This document shows positions 45,385 through 54,654 of a stretch of 54,743 nt of DNA, one piece after another; positions within the stretch are counted from its first letter, which is position 1, and each line of letters begins with the position of its first letter. The notes beneath the pieces are model-generated. The model did no database searches, was not told the DNA's origin, and saw only the letters and a list, made by a program, of their open reading frames with translations. The stretch is from a virus (lineage: Duplodnaviria; Caudoviricetes), in IMG/VR virus record IMGVR_UViG_3300032401_000014, positions 1-54,743 of that record. The stretch is one strand, 5' to 3'. The position numbers and the translations under genes were made by a program.

Positions 45385-45629
45385 GCTTCTGGGTCTTTCG
45401 GCCCTTCTGCTTCGAGTTTTTTCTTCTCGATCTCTGCGTCTATCTTGATGTTATATAGTTGATCTTCAGAGAACGAAACATACGCCCCAGGAATCCCTTC
45501 CAGCTCGACGAGATATACGATCGTCCCGCCTTTCTTGAATAGTATCTGCTCGACAATTCCTCGTCTGAGTGGTTGGGCCACTTCTGACACCGTATCGCCC
45601 AGTCCGTACTTCGTGGTAAAATCTGCCAT
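45381..45629 (-). CDS. Small SH3-like beta-barrel hypothetical protein
   Basis: TKYGLGDTV...GIV.QI...YLV...SEDQL; start refined to 45629. Confidence 0.6.
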   Translation of the reverse strand: MADFTTKYGLGDTVSEVAQPLRRGIVEQILFKKGGTIVYLVELEGIPGAYVSFSEDQLYNIKIDAEIEKKKLEAEGPKDPEA

Positions 45630-45630
45630 G

Positions 45631-47202
45631 TTAAACCTCTCTTGTATATTGTGGATTAAGTTGATCTTGCCCTGGCTGTCCTTGTTGCTGTCCCTTCGCT
45701 CCTGCTGGCTTATCAAACTCTTCGCCGTCAAACGGGTCTTTGTTCAAGTCCTCAGCTCTGATCTCGTTTACCGATACAACGCCTGAGCTGATCTTACGTT
45801 GAATTAAGTTCCATTCTTTCTCCTCGTTTTTCTGTGCCTCAAACTCCAGCTTATAACCATAACCGAACCGATAGGGCACGATGTCGTATGTCCAAAGTGA
45901 TTCGAGTTGCTGAAGTATCGGCAGAATCGCCCGGCTGTGCATGATCTCCTCTTGAGACTCCGCTGTCGATCGACCGCTCGTCGTGTCTGAACCTGATAGA
46001 TTCATTTCCATGTTTGTCGCTCCGAACACGAGAGCGACTTCTTCCCTGATTTTGTCCTGCCGGGTCATCTGCATCTCCATCGTATTCTCACGAGATAGGT
46101 CAACGACCTCGATCGTGTTCCCTGAGTACGTGGCGATCGCATTTTTTCTCGGCGTGCTCATCTTCTGCTCGATTCTCTGCATCTCATCTGAATTGATCGG
46201 CACTCTCATATCGTCAGCGTCCATTCTGCCGAACGGAAAGTTATCAGCTATGACAACCATCTTTTCGGGTGGCTTCGTGCCATCTGCCTGCTCCGCCATG
46301 AGTTTATCGAACATGAGACTCTCTGCGGTTTTGTTAATGAGGGCTTCGAGCGGAATCAGACCGTAGGCTCTGGCTGAGGTAGGGATATAACAAGAGTAGG
46401 ACAGCTCGTCGCCGTAATATATCTTAGGCTCGTATCCGGCCATGACCTGCACGTATGCGTTGAGTCCCCCAACGAATCGCTCCTTGAGGGGCATAATTGT
46501 TCCTCCGGGCAATATAAATACATTTTCTATTTTACCTCCGACTTTCTGTTTGTAGTGTGAGCATTGCCCATGAACCAGAAGATCGAATACGAATTGCTTC
46601 GTGTGATTCTCCCATGTCTCTTTGCTGTTGGGCCGCAAGCACCAGTCCTGAACCCTTTCAGCAACGTCCATCTTCGCAGACTTGATTCTCTTTCCCCAAC
46701 GCCAGATACAGCCTTTGAAGTTCGAGCCGTCAGGGAGCAGATCGGGAAGCTCGACCGAGAGCTTCTGATACAGGCGGTTGCGGGCGACCATGAATTTTAA
46801 GTCCTCAGAACCCTCGAACTCTCTGAACATCGAGTAAAACATCTTCATCTTATCTGCGGTCTTGTCTTCGTCGTTTTTCATCGGTATGATTTTGAATGGT
46901 ATGCCTGAAATGCGGTTCATGCGATTGACGACGACGGCGTGCACTGGTGCACACAACCTTGTAATGCCAAGCCGCTCGTCAATGGAGAGATAGAATAACG
47001 CCTGCTCATACGTTCCGGTCATCAACTCCCCGGTGCGTGTACGTCCTGTGATTGCTTGTACTTGTGATAGAGTATAGACTGAGTAGCCACGCTTGAGAGC
47101 ATCGCCCTGGCCCAGCGTGAAGCGTCCTGGGAGGTCTGGATAGAGTGTCTCGTAAGTGTTTGCGATCGCCTTCTGAATCTCACGTCCGTAAGCATCTAAC
47201 AT
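45631..47202 (-). CDS. Portal protein
   Basis: P....T...F..DLLVHG, YGLIPLE, VALVFG, SVNEIR...PFDG..FD. Confidence 0.9.
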   Translation of the reverse strand: MLDAYGREIQKAIANTYETLYPDLPGRFTLGQGDALKRGYSVYTLSQVQAITGRTRTGELMTGTYEQALFYLSIDERLGITRLCAPVHAVVVNRMNRISGIPFKIIPMKNDEDKTADKMKMFYSMFREFEGSEDLKFMVARNRLYQKLSVELPDLLPDGSNFKGCIWRWGKRIKSAKMDVAERVQDWCLRPNSKETWENHTKQFVFDLLVHGQCSHYKQKVGGKIENVFILPGGTIMPLKERFVGGLNAYVQVMAGYEPKIYYGDELSYSCYIPTSARAYGLIPLEALINKTAESLMFDKLMAEQADGTKPPEKMVVIADNFPFGRMDADDMRVPINSDEMQRIEQKMSTPRKNAIATYSGNTIEVVDLSRENTMEMQMTRQDKIREEVALVFGATNMEMNLSGSDTTSGRSTAESQEEIMHSRAILPILQQLESLWTYDIVPYRFGYGYKLEFEAQKNEEKEWNLIQRKISSGVVSVNEIRAEDLNKDPFDGEEFDKPAGAKGQQQGQPGQDQLNPQYTREV

Positions 47203-47227
47203 GGCAAGCCTCTCAATATATAGTTAA

Positions 47228-47256
47228 ATTATAGCACTCTAACATCTATTTGTCAA
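47228..47256 (-). promoter_or_regulatory. Perfect sigma70 promoter upstream of the portal
   Basis: TTGACA-17 nt-TATAAT. Confidence 0.85.
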
Positions 47257-47265
47257 TGATTTTCT

Positions 47266-48585
47266 TTATGCCGCACGCTTCATGGCCTGAATGAATCCGC
47301 CCAGAGAATCCGGTGCGTCGTTACGCTTCGCATACTCGCTGTATTTCACGATCTGCGTCACGTACTCACGGGTATCAGGGTCAACAAGCAGACCGTTGTT
47401 GAAATAAATACTGTTCCAGTTCTTCTTCGCATAGTGCACAATTCTGAAGTGCTTATTCTTATACTGCTGAACGCCTCTCACGACCAGTCCTCGCTTTTCC
47501 ATCTCGTAGCCGACGGCAACCTGGGCGGCGTTGTACTCGATATTGAGCACTCTGACGTTGTAGCCCTTGCAGTAGAACTCGACTCTATCATACGTCTTGT
47601 CGATCTGTCCGTACCAAGCGTAGCCTGCCGCAACGTAATACTTCCCGCCACTGAACCCACCGATCGTCAGTGCGTTTGAATCCTCTCCTCCGAACGCTGG
47701 GTCGAGATATGCCACGAGCACCAGGTCGTCCGGAACGTCAATGTATTTGATGTCAGGGAATATCCGCTCGGTAACGTCGATCGGGTTTTGTTGATAGAGA
47801 GCCTCCCAAATCTTGAGAGTCGTCCCGCTTTTTATCGACATGAGTTCTTCGAGTGAGTATCGTTCAGGCCAGAGCGGTTGATTATTCTCATCTACTGCCG
47901 GAAGCGTAAGCACGTCCCAGATACCAGGCTCGTGCATGAGAAGTTTGCCCGTCAGGTCGTCCTCACCCCACCGAGTCTGAATTATTACTATGGCGGCGTT
48001 CGGGTGCAACCGTGTCCTGAGTGTCGAGCAATACCAGTCCCAAATCTTCTCTTGAATCGTGGTTGACATCGCCTCTTCCCAGTTCTTCACCGGGTCATCA
48101 ATGATCGCAAGGTCAGCTCCCCTGCCAGTGATCGCACCGCCAACGCCAGCACCCACGCCCACGCCTCCTTGCACTGTCTCCCAGCGGTTAGCGGCTTTAA
48201 TGTCGTCCTTGAGCTGAACGTCAAAAACCCGCTGGTATAGCGGGTCTTGAACTATATTACGAATCCACCGGGTAAAGTCGATGGCAAGCGTATCTGCGTA
48301 GGATGTTATTATAATCTGCGAGCTGGGCCTGTTGCCGAGGAACCATGAAGGAAATAGTTTCGAGGCAAGCCAACTCTTGCCGTGTCGTGGCGGCTCGTTG
48401 ATTATCAGCCGCTTTATCTTTCCATCATACACCTGCTGGAGCTTCTCTGCAATCTGCTTGATGTGTTTCGGTGTCTGGAACTCTGGATTGATAACTTTTG
48501 CGTAAGTGAGAAGATCGAGCCTGCTCGCCTGAACCAGAAATAGACGACGTGCGGCTTCCATCTGTTCGTTACTCAACGCCTGCAA
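47266..48585 (-). CDS. terL: Terminase large subunit
   Basis: PPRHGKS (Walker A), IIDDP (Walker B), QTRW, YQQNP, DPA, NDAPD. Confidence 0.95.
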   Translation of the reverse strand: MQALSNEQMEAARRLFLVQASRLDLLTYAKVINPEFQTPKHIKQIAEKLQQVYDGKIKRLIINEPPRHGKSWLASKLFPSWFLGNRPSSQIIITSYADTLAIDFTRWIRNIVQDPLYQRVFDVQLKDDIKAANRWETVQGGVGVGAGVGGAITGRGADLAIIDDPVKNWEEAMSTTIQEKIWDWYCSTLRTRLHPNAAIVIIQTRWGEDDLTGKLLMHEPGIWDVLTLPAVDENNQPLWPERYSLEELMSIKSGTTLKIWEALYQQNPIDVTERIFPDIKYIDVPDDLVLVAYLDPAFGGEDSNALTIGGFSGGKYYVAAGYAWYGQIDKTYDRVEFYCKGYNVRVLNIEYNAAQVAVGYEMEKRGLVVRGVQQYKNKHFRIVHYAKKNWNSIYFNNGLLVDPDTREYVTQIVKYSEYAKRNDAPDSLGGFIQAMKRAA

Positions 48586-48973
48586 GCATCCTCCCGATCT
48601 TGATAATCTCTTCTGCCGACTGCCCGCCCAGTAGCGTCATGATGTCCCGATCTTCGCCTTCCTTCCCGACGAATCGGTGAGACTCGATCGGCTTACCATA
48701 CGCCCTGTCCTCGTAATTCTTAATGAGTCGCTCATCACAGGTAAGGTACGAGTTCAATATAACTCGCTCGCCCAGTGTAATGTCGGGGGCCTTGAACCGC
48801 CTTTCTGCTTCGGCGAGAGTATAACCCCGGATTCTCACAACGTCGCCCACCAGTTTATCGTAGCTGTCATGGAGAGCCGATCTGATCTCAGCCGGGAGCT
48901 TCTTGCGACCACCAGTGCTCACATGCCCCGGCTTGAACTGTCCTGAATGTCGTTGTCCCTTTTTAAGTGGCAT
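48569..48973 (-). CDS. terS: Terminase small subunit candidate
   Basis: GQFKPG..GGRKK; DRAYGKP; directly upstream of TerL. Confidence 0.75.
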   Translation of the reverse strand: MPLKKGQRHSGQFKPGHVSTGGRKKLPAEIRSALHDSYDKLVGDVVRIRGYTLAEAERRFKAPDITLGERVILNSYLTCDERLIKNYEDRAYGKPIESHRFVGKEGEDRDIMTLLGGQSAEEIIKIGRMLAGVE

Positions 48974-49021
48974 CTCAATTCTCTCTCAATTCTATGTAAC
49001 CAAGTTATACACTTTATTTGT

Positions 49022-50005
49022 TTATGTCAAGAACATTTTCTGTTGCTCTCCGTCCTTTCTGCATTTGAAAGTATCTCTGTCCACGGGTTTCTCTTTCACC
49101 CATCGGTTAAAATCGGCTAAAGTTTTCTGTGCCTTATACTCTTTTTTGCACCACGCAGGCAGGGTACATTTTTGCCACAATCGTATAATCGTCTCGTCGT
49201 GCTTTATGACTTTCTCAAAGTCCCTGTACTTCATCACGAACGGGTCAAACCCCAGTTGCTTGACAATGAACACCTTCTCGATGTCCTGATCTATCGTATT
49301 TTTAAATCCGACAAGCACATATACGGATACGTTCGCATCGGGTATCTTCGCCTGCTTTAATAGCTGGGCCTTCTCGATAAACAGGTCTTTGTCCTTGATG
49401 TCGTCCAGACTGAATCGCCACTGCTTGACAGGCCGCATCCGCTTGAGCAGGGCGGCTCTCTCCGGGGTCAGCAGGCGTATGTCCATCCCCTGATTGAAGT
49501 CGGCCCGCACCTTCTCTCGTATCAGTTGCTCGGCAATCGTCTCGAAGTGTCCCCGTGCGGCGAAGATGTTGTTGTCGATAAAAATAATGCCATCACTCCC
49601 CTTCATCCAGAACTCGTAAATGTCGGCATTTTTCTGTATGAGCCCTTCTTTTCTTGGAACAACACACCACGGACATTTACGAATACATCCACGGGTGGCA
49701 AATCCCACGGAATACGGGAAGTGAGGGTACAGCGAATAGTCCGGCATGATGTGTTCGATCTCCGGCGGAAGGCAGGTTCCGTAGTCCCGGTATCCAGTCC
49801 CCCCGGTAACGATCTTATCAGCCTGATAGCAATAGAGCGGGTCTTCAGTCCATGTAAATACCTTGCTCTTATAGATAACATCATAGTGCTCGAACATCGT
49901 CGCAAACTCAACACTGTCGCCCTGTCCCTTGTGCCACGCTGAGAGCTTCATCAGTGCAAGGTTCGGGAAATTTTTGCTGTCTACATCGAGTAATCCTATT
50001 TTCAT
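49022..50005 (-). CDS. Radical SAM protein (phage type)
   Basis: FPNLALMKLS, GGTG, TRGCIRKCPWC, DNN, FNQGMD.R. Confidence 0.9.
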   Translation of the reverse strand: MKIGLLDVDSKNFPNLALMKLSAWHKGQGDSVEFATMFEHYDVIYKSKVFTWTEDPLYCYQADKIVTGGTGYRDYGTCLPPEIEHIMPDYSLYPHFPYSVGFATRGCIRKCPWCVVPRKEGLIQKNADIYEFWMKGSDGIIFIDNNIFAARGHFETIAEQLIREKVRADFNQGMDIRLLTPERAALLKRMRPVKQWRFSLDDIKDKDLFIEKAQLLKQAKIPDANVSVYVLVGFKNTIDQDIEKVFIVKQLGFDPFVMKYRDFEKVIKHDETIIRLWQKCTLPAWCKKEYKAQKTLADFNRWVKEKPVDRDTFKCRKDGEQQKMFLT

Positions 50006-50286
50006 TGCGTCTCCTTTTTGTAGCTCTTCATCGGCGGCGGCAGAACATGGCCAGCGAGATACGCCTGCTCCCTGAACGTCCGCTCGTCCCAGATATTCTC
50101 AGGCTTCATGTGTGCGTGAGACACGTTGCAACGAGAACATACCATCATCGAATTGAATCGAGCGTATATCAAATCCTTTCCGTAGTGCTGGATGTTCTTA
50201 GCTTTCTGAGCGAACTTCTCATGCCATTGAGTCGCCGGGCGTTGATGACAGTTCTCACATAAAGTCATAATGATCTGCGGCCTCAA
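50002..50286 (-). CDS. HNH-like Zn-binding protein
   Basis: CENC...HE...N...CSRC..H. Confidence 0.55.
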   Translation of the reverse strand: MRPQIIMTLCENCHQRPATQWHEKFAQKAKNIQHYGKDLIYARFNSMMVCSRCNVSHAHMKPENIWDERTFREQAYLAGHVLPPPMKSYKKETQ

Positions 50287-50483
50287 TCTGCGTTATCCTT
50301 GAACCGCTCGGCTCTGTTCTTTCTGACGACCTGATCGTCGAGCTTCTTTTTCCTCGACTCAAACATGCTTCTCAGCACGATCAACAACAACAGGGCGGCC
50401 GCACCGATCGCCACGATGTTGAGAAACCAGTCTGCGAATGTTCTCATGGGCTCTCCTATGCAAATGATAGTAGACCACTGCAA
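50283..50483 (-). CDS. Small membrane protein
   Basis: Single TM segment; likely start at MRTF. Confidence 0.55.
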   Translation of the reverse strand: MQWSTIICIGEPMRTFADWFLNIVAIGAAALLLLIVLRSMFESRKKKLDDQVVRKNRAERFKDNAD

Positions 50484-50809
50484 AGGGGATACACGTCGTC
50501 GAGGTTCCGCACGATCATGTATTCCCCCCCGTGAGTTTCGATCTCCTTCTGAAATTTTACTTGATTGTCGCTCTGCTTCGATGTTCTCACTGGCTTCTTG
50601 AACTCCATAAAGATAACTCGCCCATCTTTCAGCACGGTCACGTCTGAATATCCAGGATGAGAGCCGAGCGTCTGGAAGTTATTCATAACGTACCAGCCGT
50701 CGAGCTTCAGGAAGTCGAGCACCTGTCTCTTGATGTCCCGCTCTTTTATTTGCAGTGTCCCAGTAATCATGTCACAAATATACTTCCGTCCTCTCCAGAG
50801 ATCAAGCAT
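50456..50809 (-). CDS. VRR-NUC domain nuclease (Holliday junction resolvase-like)
   Basis: E.DI, GYSDV, FMEFK, QSDNQ..FQ. Confidence 0.85.
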   Translation of the reverse strand: MLDLWRGRKYICDMITGTLQIKERDIKRQVLDFLKLDGWYVMNNFQTLGSHPGYSDVTVLKDGRVIFMEFKKPVRTSKQSDNQVKFQKEIETHGGEYMIVRNLDDVYPLCSGLLSFA

Positions 50810-50813
50810 TTTA

Positions 50814-51071
50814 TTATAGCTTGAACCCTCTCCCCTGTATCTCCTGTTCGAGAACACTCCAGCCTTCTGATTGAAAATTCTCTGCTATTTCGTCGCTATG
50901 TTTGTACCAGTAAGCATCATAATCGTAACCATGTTTAATACTGGTCTTGAGTCTGTTCATGTTAAAAACATGAAACAAAAGTCGAGCCTCCTCAATATCG
51001 TCAATCGTCAGCATGAGTATTATCGGGTCAGTGCTAAGACCACATTTTTTACCTTTGAGTTCCACCTTCAT
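50814..51071 (-). CDS. Hypothetical protein
   Basis: ORF track. Confidence 0.65.
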   Translation of the reverse strand: MKVELKGKKCGLSTDPIILMLTIDDIEEARLLFHVFNMNRLKTSIKHGYDYDAYWYKHSDEIAENFQSEGWSVLEQEIQGRGFKL

Positions 51072-51073
51072 GT

Positions 51074-51583
51074 TCAGTCCCCTCCGACCCCTCCGCCACT
51101 GTCCCCGGAACTTGCTGAGCCGGAATCACTGCCTGAACTTGAGTCGCCTCCGCCAGAGTCGCCGCCTCCAAAATCTCCAGAGGCCCCCCCACCTGAGAAC
51201 TCTCCGCCGCCGCCTTCAGCGTCAGGAGTGCTGATTGTCTCGGTCTCGCTCGACATCTCGCTCTCTGGTATCTGCGATGGGCTCACGGCCGGGCTCTCGT
51301 CCTCTTCTTCGTGCATTGCTTTCTTCGTGGGCTCTATTCTTTTGAACTGTCCGTTGATATAATGGCCCAGGGCAGGGATGCTCATTCCGAATTTATCTTT
51401 GAAAAGCACCCAGATTTTCTCACCTGTGTATCCATTATCCTTGAGTTTATAAAGCAGTTCCAGCCCTGTGCTCTCTCCGTGAAATGCAATCAGATCGGCC
51501 ATTACTCTGACCGCACCGGGATTGCCCTCGCTCATCTCCACAATTAAATCTTGAATCTCGCCTGATTCTCTTTGCTCTTCCAT
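51074..51583 (-). CDS. Hypothetical protein with Gly/Ser/Asp-rich tail
   Basis: MSEGNPGA domain, then a GGGGEFSGGGASG low-complexity tail. Confidence 0.7.
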   Translation of the reverse strand: MEEQRESGEIQDLIVEMSEGNPGAVRVMADLIAFHGESTGLELLYKLKDNGYTGEKIWVLFKDKFGMSIPALGHYINGQFKRIEPTKKAMHEEEDESPAVSPSQIPESEMSSETETISTPDAEGGGGEFSGGGASGDFGGGDSGGGDSSSGSDSGSASSGDSGGGVGGD

Positions 51584-51609
51584 TTTCCCTGTCCTCCTTT
51601 TTTATTTTA

Positions 51610-51825
51610 TTAAGTAGTCGGTTGAACTTCGATCGGCTTCGGGAAAAATCCGTCGCACGATTCCAGCCACACCGGGTCAAAGTTATATGGCCAGTTGAAC
51701 CAGCCTTTTTTTATCCCGGACTCAGCTCCAGTGACATGTGCCTTCCCATTCCCGCAAACAGAATGAGCACTGCCTTGAACCTTCAGAAAATAATGGCACT
51801 CGTAACAATTCGGTTTTCCATCCAT
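51610..51825 (-). CDS. Small Cys-containing hypothetical protein
   Basis: CYEC...H..C...GWFNWPYNFDPVW. Confidence 0.7.
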   Translation of the reverse strand: MDGKPNCYECHYFLKVQGSAHSVCGNGKAHVTGAESGIKKGWFNWPYNFDPVWLESCDGFFPKPIEVQPTT

Positions 51826-51843
51826 CTCTCTCCTCCTTTTTTT

Positions 51844-52050
51844 TTATTCAAGTTTGTCTTTTATTTTGATATACTCTTCAATTCGTATCCCCAGCTCATG
51901 TGCCCAGCGAAGCAGAACTAAATCCTGCATATCTTCCGACACTCGCTCATGTATCGCTCTCGTGAGATCGAGGATACGATTCCTCTCAAAAAAGAATTTC
52001 GGCATAACGCCGAGAGGCGGCTTTTTATAATCCTCCGGTTTTCGTCCCAT
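51844..52050 (-). CDS. Hypothetical protein
   Basis: KPPLGVMP motif; start refined to 52050. Confidence 0.65.
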   Translation of the reverse strand: MGRKPEDYKKPPLGVMPKFFFERNRILDLTRAIHERVSEDMQDLVLLRWAHELGIRIEEYIKIKDKLE

Positions 52051-52357
52051 CTCCTTCCTCCAGTATCTCAAACTCGACCGACATCCCTGATATATCATTC
52101 AGGTTTATGCCGACAAGTGGCTCGGTCAAGTTCAAAATCAAAAGTGCATTGTAGTGCCCCACATCCGACATCACACCCTCTGGAACTTTTTGCACCATCA
52201 TTGAATGAACTGTCGCTTTATACTTCATCTTTATTTCCTCCTCGTGTGATTCTGTTATGATACCCTCAATGTAAACATAACCGTCTTTTTTGACAACATT
52301 CGCAATACTAAAATCATCAACGACTGTCGTGACTCTTACTTTCATATTTTTCCTCAT
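52025..52357 (-). CDS. Hypothetical protein
   Basis: ORF track. Confidence 0.6.
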   Translation of the reverse strand: MRKNMKVRVTTVVDDFSIANVVKKDGYVYIEGIITESHEEEIKMKYKATVHSMMVQKVPEGVMSDVGHYNALLILNLTEPLVGINLNDISGMSVEFEILEEGDGTKTGGL

Positions 52358-52363
52358 GGCCTC

Positions 52364-52630
52364 TTATTTCATCATCTTCGGGAACATGTGCCACGCCAGC
52401 CGCTTCATATCACGCACCCAACGATTGACGGTGTAAACGTCTGCGATCGTGTACTCAGCATTGAGCGAATAGTCCTTGCCTTCAAGTAGAATCGTATGCT
52501 TGACCACGATATCTCTCGAACTGTCCGCCCGTATATGCAAAACTGCCACCCATGCCGTCAAGCAGAGTATCCATACAAGGGACAAACCCATCGCCGCCAG
52601 AATTATTTTTGATATAGTGTCTCGTGTCAT
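52364..52630 (-). CDS. Membrane-anchored hypothetical protein
   Basis: N-terminal TM segment. Confidence 0.65.
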   Translation of the reverse strand: MTRDTISKIILAAMGLSLVWILCLTAWVAVLHIRADSSRDIVVKHTILLEGKDYSLNAEYTIADVYTVNRWVRDMKRLAWHMFPKMMK

Positions 52631-53193
52631 GCGTTATTCAGCCTTGCGAACTCGCCGTGCATCCTGACAGCCGCCCGATCATACGCTCTCGCCGCATCAA
52701 CGGCATTATCGAAATGACCTAAAAAATAACGCCGCCCATTTCTACTTATTCTTGCTTTGAATTTTCCTGCTGATTTAAAAAAAGATACTCCTTTATATCC
52801 TGATGTGTTGTTTTTACTTTTCCCTCTGTTCCATAAATTTTCAGATAAAAAACTCTCCCTGAGATTACTCCTGCGATTATTCAAAGGGTCTCCGTCAATA
52901 TGATCTCCATACGCTTTACTTTTTTCCCCAAGAATTTCTAAATGTAAATATACCGTTTTGTGTTTTTTACGGCCTTCTTCTATAAGATAATATCCTCGTC
53001 CGACGTAGTTTATATTAGCCGCTGTTTTTGTCCCAACAAAATACCATCTCCACTCCTGCACAATATTGAAATAAACTGTGGAATCAACCTTCACAACAAA
53101 CTTCTCGCCATTTTTCTTTTTAATTAAAAAATGAATCTCATCATCATCCTGAAAAACTATTTCATTTGTTGGCCCCTTCTCACCTTTTTTCAT
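52627..53193 (-). CDS. HNH endonuclease with AP2 domain (homing-endonuclease type)
   Basis: DHIDGDPLNNRRSNLR; NTSGYKGV...LGHF....AARAYD..A...HGEFA. Confidence 0.9.
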   Translation of the reverse strand: MKKGEKGPTNEIVFQDDDEIHFLIKKKNGEKFVVKVDSTVYFNIVQEWRWYFVGTKTAANINYVGRGYYLIEEGRKKHKTVYLHLEILGEKSKAYGDHIDGDPLNNRRSNLRESFLSENLWNRGKSKNNTSGYKGVSFFKSAGKFKARISRNGRRYFLGHFDNAVDAARAYDRAAVRMHGEFARLNNA

Positions 53194-53753
53194 TCAATCT
53201 CCTCCAGCTTCAGCCCGATCAACTTGTCAATACGATCTTTCTGTTTATCAAGCCGTGTATTTATTCGTTCGGCGTTCTCAAGACACGCACTGATCTCCTG
53301 CACGTTGATGGCGTTCCTGCTCATGGCAAAGGTGAGCTTCTCTTTTTCATTCTGCATGATCGCTTCAGTTCTCTCCTTGAGCACCAAACAAATATTCTGT
53401 ATTGCCAGCTTCTCTGGGAACACGCTTTCGCATAGGCTCTGGGCATACTCGACGTTCTGACGCATAACCTTGATTCGCTCTTTATATTCCTTCACTCGTG
53501 ACTCGTACTTATCGACGATCTCCTGTACTTCTTTTTTATGCCGAGATTCCTGATCGTTGAGAAGCTGTTTGTTCTCTCGTTCCAATTTCGATTGGAACTC
53601 AATCTTAGAGCGATAGTGTTCAATCCTTGTCTTGTTCTGGGCCCGCTGGTGCTGTATCTCTTTCAGCTCCAGGGCAGTTTTCACTTCCGTTTTGATTGCC
53701 TCGCCCACGTTGGAGTCCACCCATCTCATCAGTCTCCTTTTGAACCAATTCAT
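53190..53753 (-). CDS. Coiled-coil hypothetical protein
   Basis: E/K/Q-rich heptads; GGAGG RBS. Confidence 0.7.
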   Translation of the reverse strand: MNWFKRRLMRWVDSNVGEAIKTEVKTALELKEIQHQRAQNKTRIEHYRSKIEFQSKLERENKQLLNDQESRHKKEVQEIVDKYESRVKEYKERIKVMRQNVEYAQSLCESVFPEKLAIQNICLVLKERTEAIMQNEKEKLTFAMSRNAINVQEISACLENAERINTRLDKQKDRIDKLIGLKLEEIE

Positions 53754-53958
53754 TTTTTACCTCCACTCGACTTCCATAGAGTATCTTTAAATTTTTAGAT
53801 AACGCTATATTCGCATCTGTCTCGATCATCGCCCTTGTCGATTGCGTTATAAAATTATCAATGGAAACTCTGCCAAGACCCTCGACTTCAAGCTCTACCG
53901 ACGATGTTTCTGTCCCTGAAAAAGAGTTCCAAAAAACATGAGCACTTCTTATTTTCAT
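53620..53958 (-). CDS. Hypothetical protein
   Basis: GGAGG RBS; long overlap with the next gene. Confidence 0.5.
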   Translation of the reverse strand: MKIRSAHVFWNSFSGTETSSVELEVEGLGRVSIDNFITQSTRAMIETDANIALSKNLKILYGSRVEVKNELVQKETDEMGGLQRGRGNQNGSENCPGAERDTAPAGPEQDKD

Positions 53959-54230
53959 TTCGCCTCCTTCATCTCTTTGAAATATTTCTTAGCCGCCTGT
54001 TCCAGCCGTTTCTTTTTCCCCTTTCTGTAATAATAACCCAGGGCAATTTCGTTATGCCGTTCACGATTATCTGCTATCCATTTTTTATGACGCTTCGTAA
54101 TTTTATCCTTATGTTTTATGTATGATCTGCGAGAAGTGTCCCTTGAGCAAATCTTACATTGATTAGCCCTGACGTAAAATTCAGAAACAGGTTTAAATTC
54201 CTTACAATGTGAACAGCGTCGCTCGCTCAT
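53955..54230 (-). CDS. Zn-finger basic protein (endonuclease N-terminal-like)
   Basis: CSHC...KPVSEFY...CKIC. Confidence 0.65.
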   Translation of the reverse strand: MSERRCSHCKEFKPVSEFYVRANQCKICSRDTSRRSYIKHKDKITKRHKKWIADNRERHNEIALGYYYRKGKKKRLEQAAKKYFKEMKEAK

Positions 54231-54232
54231 TA

Positions 54233-54358
54233 TTATTCTTTCATCTCACTTTCTATGTCTAAATTCGTGCTCCCGCACTTCGGGCAGTGTGTCGTCTTGA
54301 GTCTCGACTTCCAAATCCACCAGCACCATTTACAGCAGTATGAATATATCCGGTACAT
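54233..54358 (-). CDS. Small zinc-ribbon protein (41 aa)
   Basis: Manual translation CKWC...CPKCGS. Confidence 0.55.
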   Translation of the reverse strand: MYRIYSYCCKWCWWIWKSRLKTTHCPKCGSTNLDIESEMKE

Positions 54359-54507
54359 CACTTCACCTGTTCTAAAATATATTTAGCTTGAGACACTGCC
54401 TGAGAGTACCCCAGTGGCATCGCCCAGCCGTCGGGAACGCTATTGACGAGAAGATGCACGGCCTCGATCAATTTTTTTATCTTCTGCTTGTCGTTCAGTA
54501 TTTTCAT
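54358..54507 (-). CDS. Small hypothetical protein
   Basis: Start refined to MKILND after GGAGGCGGGGAA. Confidence 0.6.
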   Translation of the reverse strand: MKILNDKQKIKKLIEAVHLLVNSVPDGWAMPLGYSQAVSQAKYILEQVK

Positions 54508-54650
54508 TTCCCCGCCTCCATTGCTTTTACTGATATAACGTCCTGTATGCCAAAAAACTTCTTTACTTCTTCTGCATTGTAGTTGGCTCCTTGTATAACT
54601 GACGAACGAATCATCATAGAACAAATTTCAATTTTTTCCTCTGGTGTCAT
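54504..54650 (-). CDS. Small cassette protein ending SVKAMEAGK (48 aa)
   Basis: Manual translation MTPEEKIEICS...; its start is also seen at position 60. Confidence 0.65.
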   Translation of the reverse strand: MTPEEKIEICSMMIRSSVIQGANYNAEEVKKFFGIQDVISVKAMEAGK

Positions 54651-54654
54651 TTCC

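Noticed and set aside
49002-49030. Promoter upstream of terS
   Set aside because: TTGACA is present, but TATAAC is at 15-nt spacing and the 17-nt option is TAACTT; plausible, but too weak to list
51074-51230. DNA repeat element
   Set aside because: Explained by a Gly/Ser/Asp low-complexity protein tail
1543-54582. Plus-strand ORFs in the ORF track
   Set aside because: They are antisense shadows of well-supported minus-strand genes, without RBS or recognisable motifs
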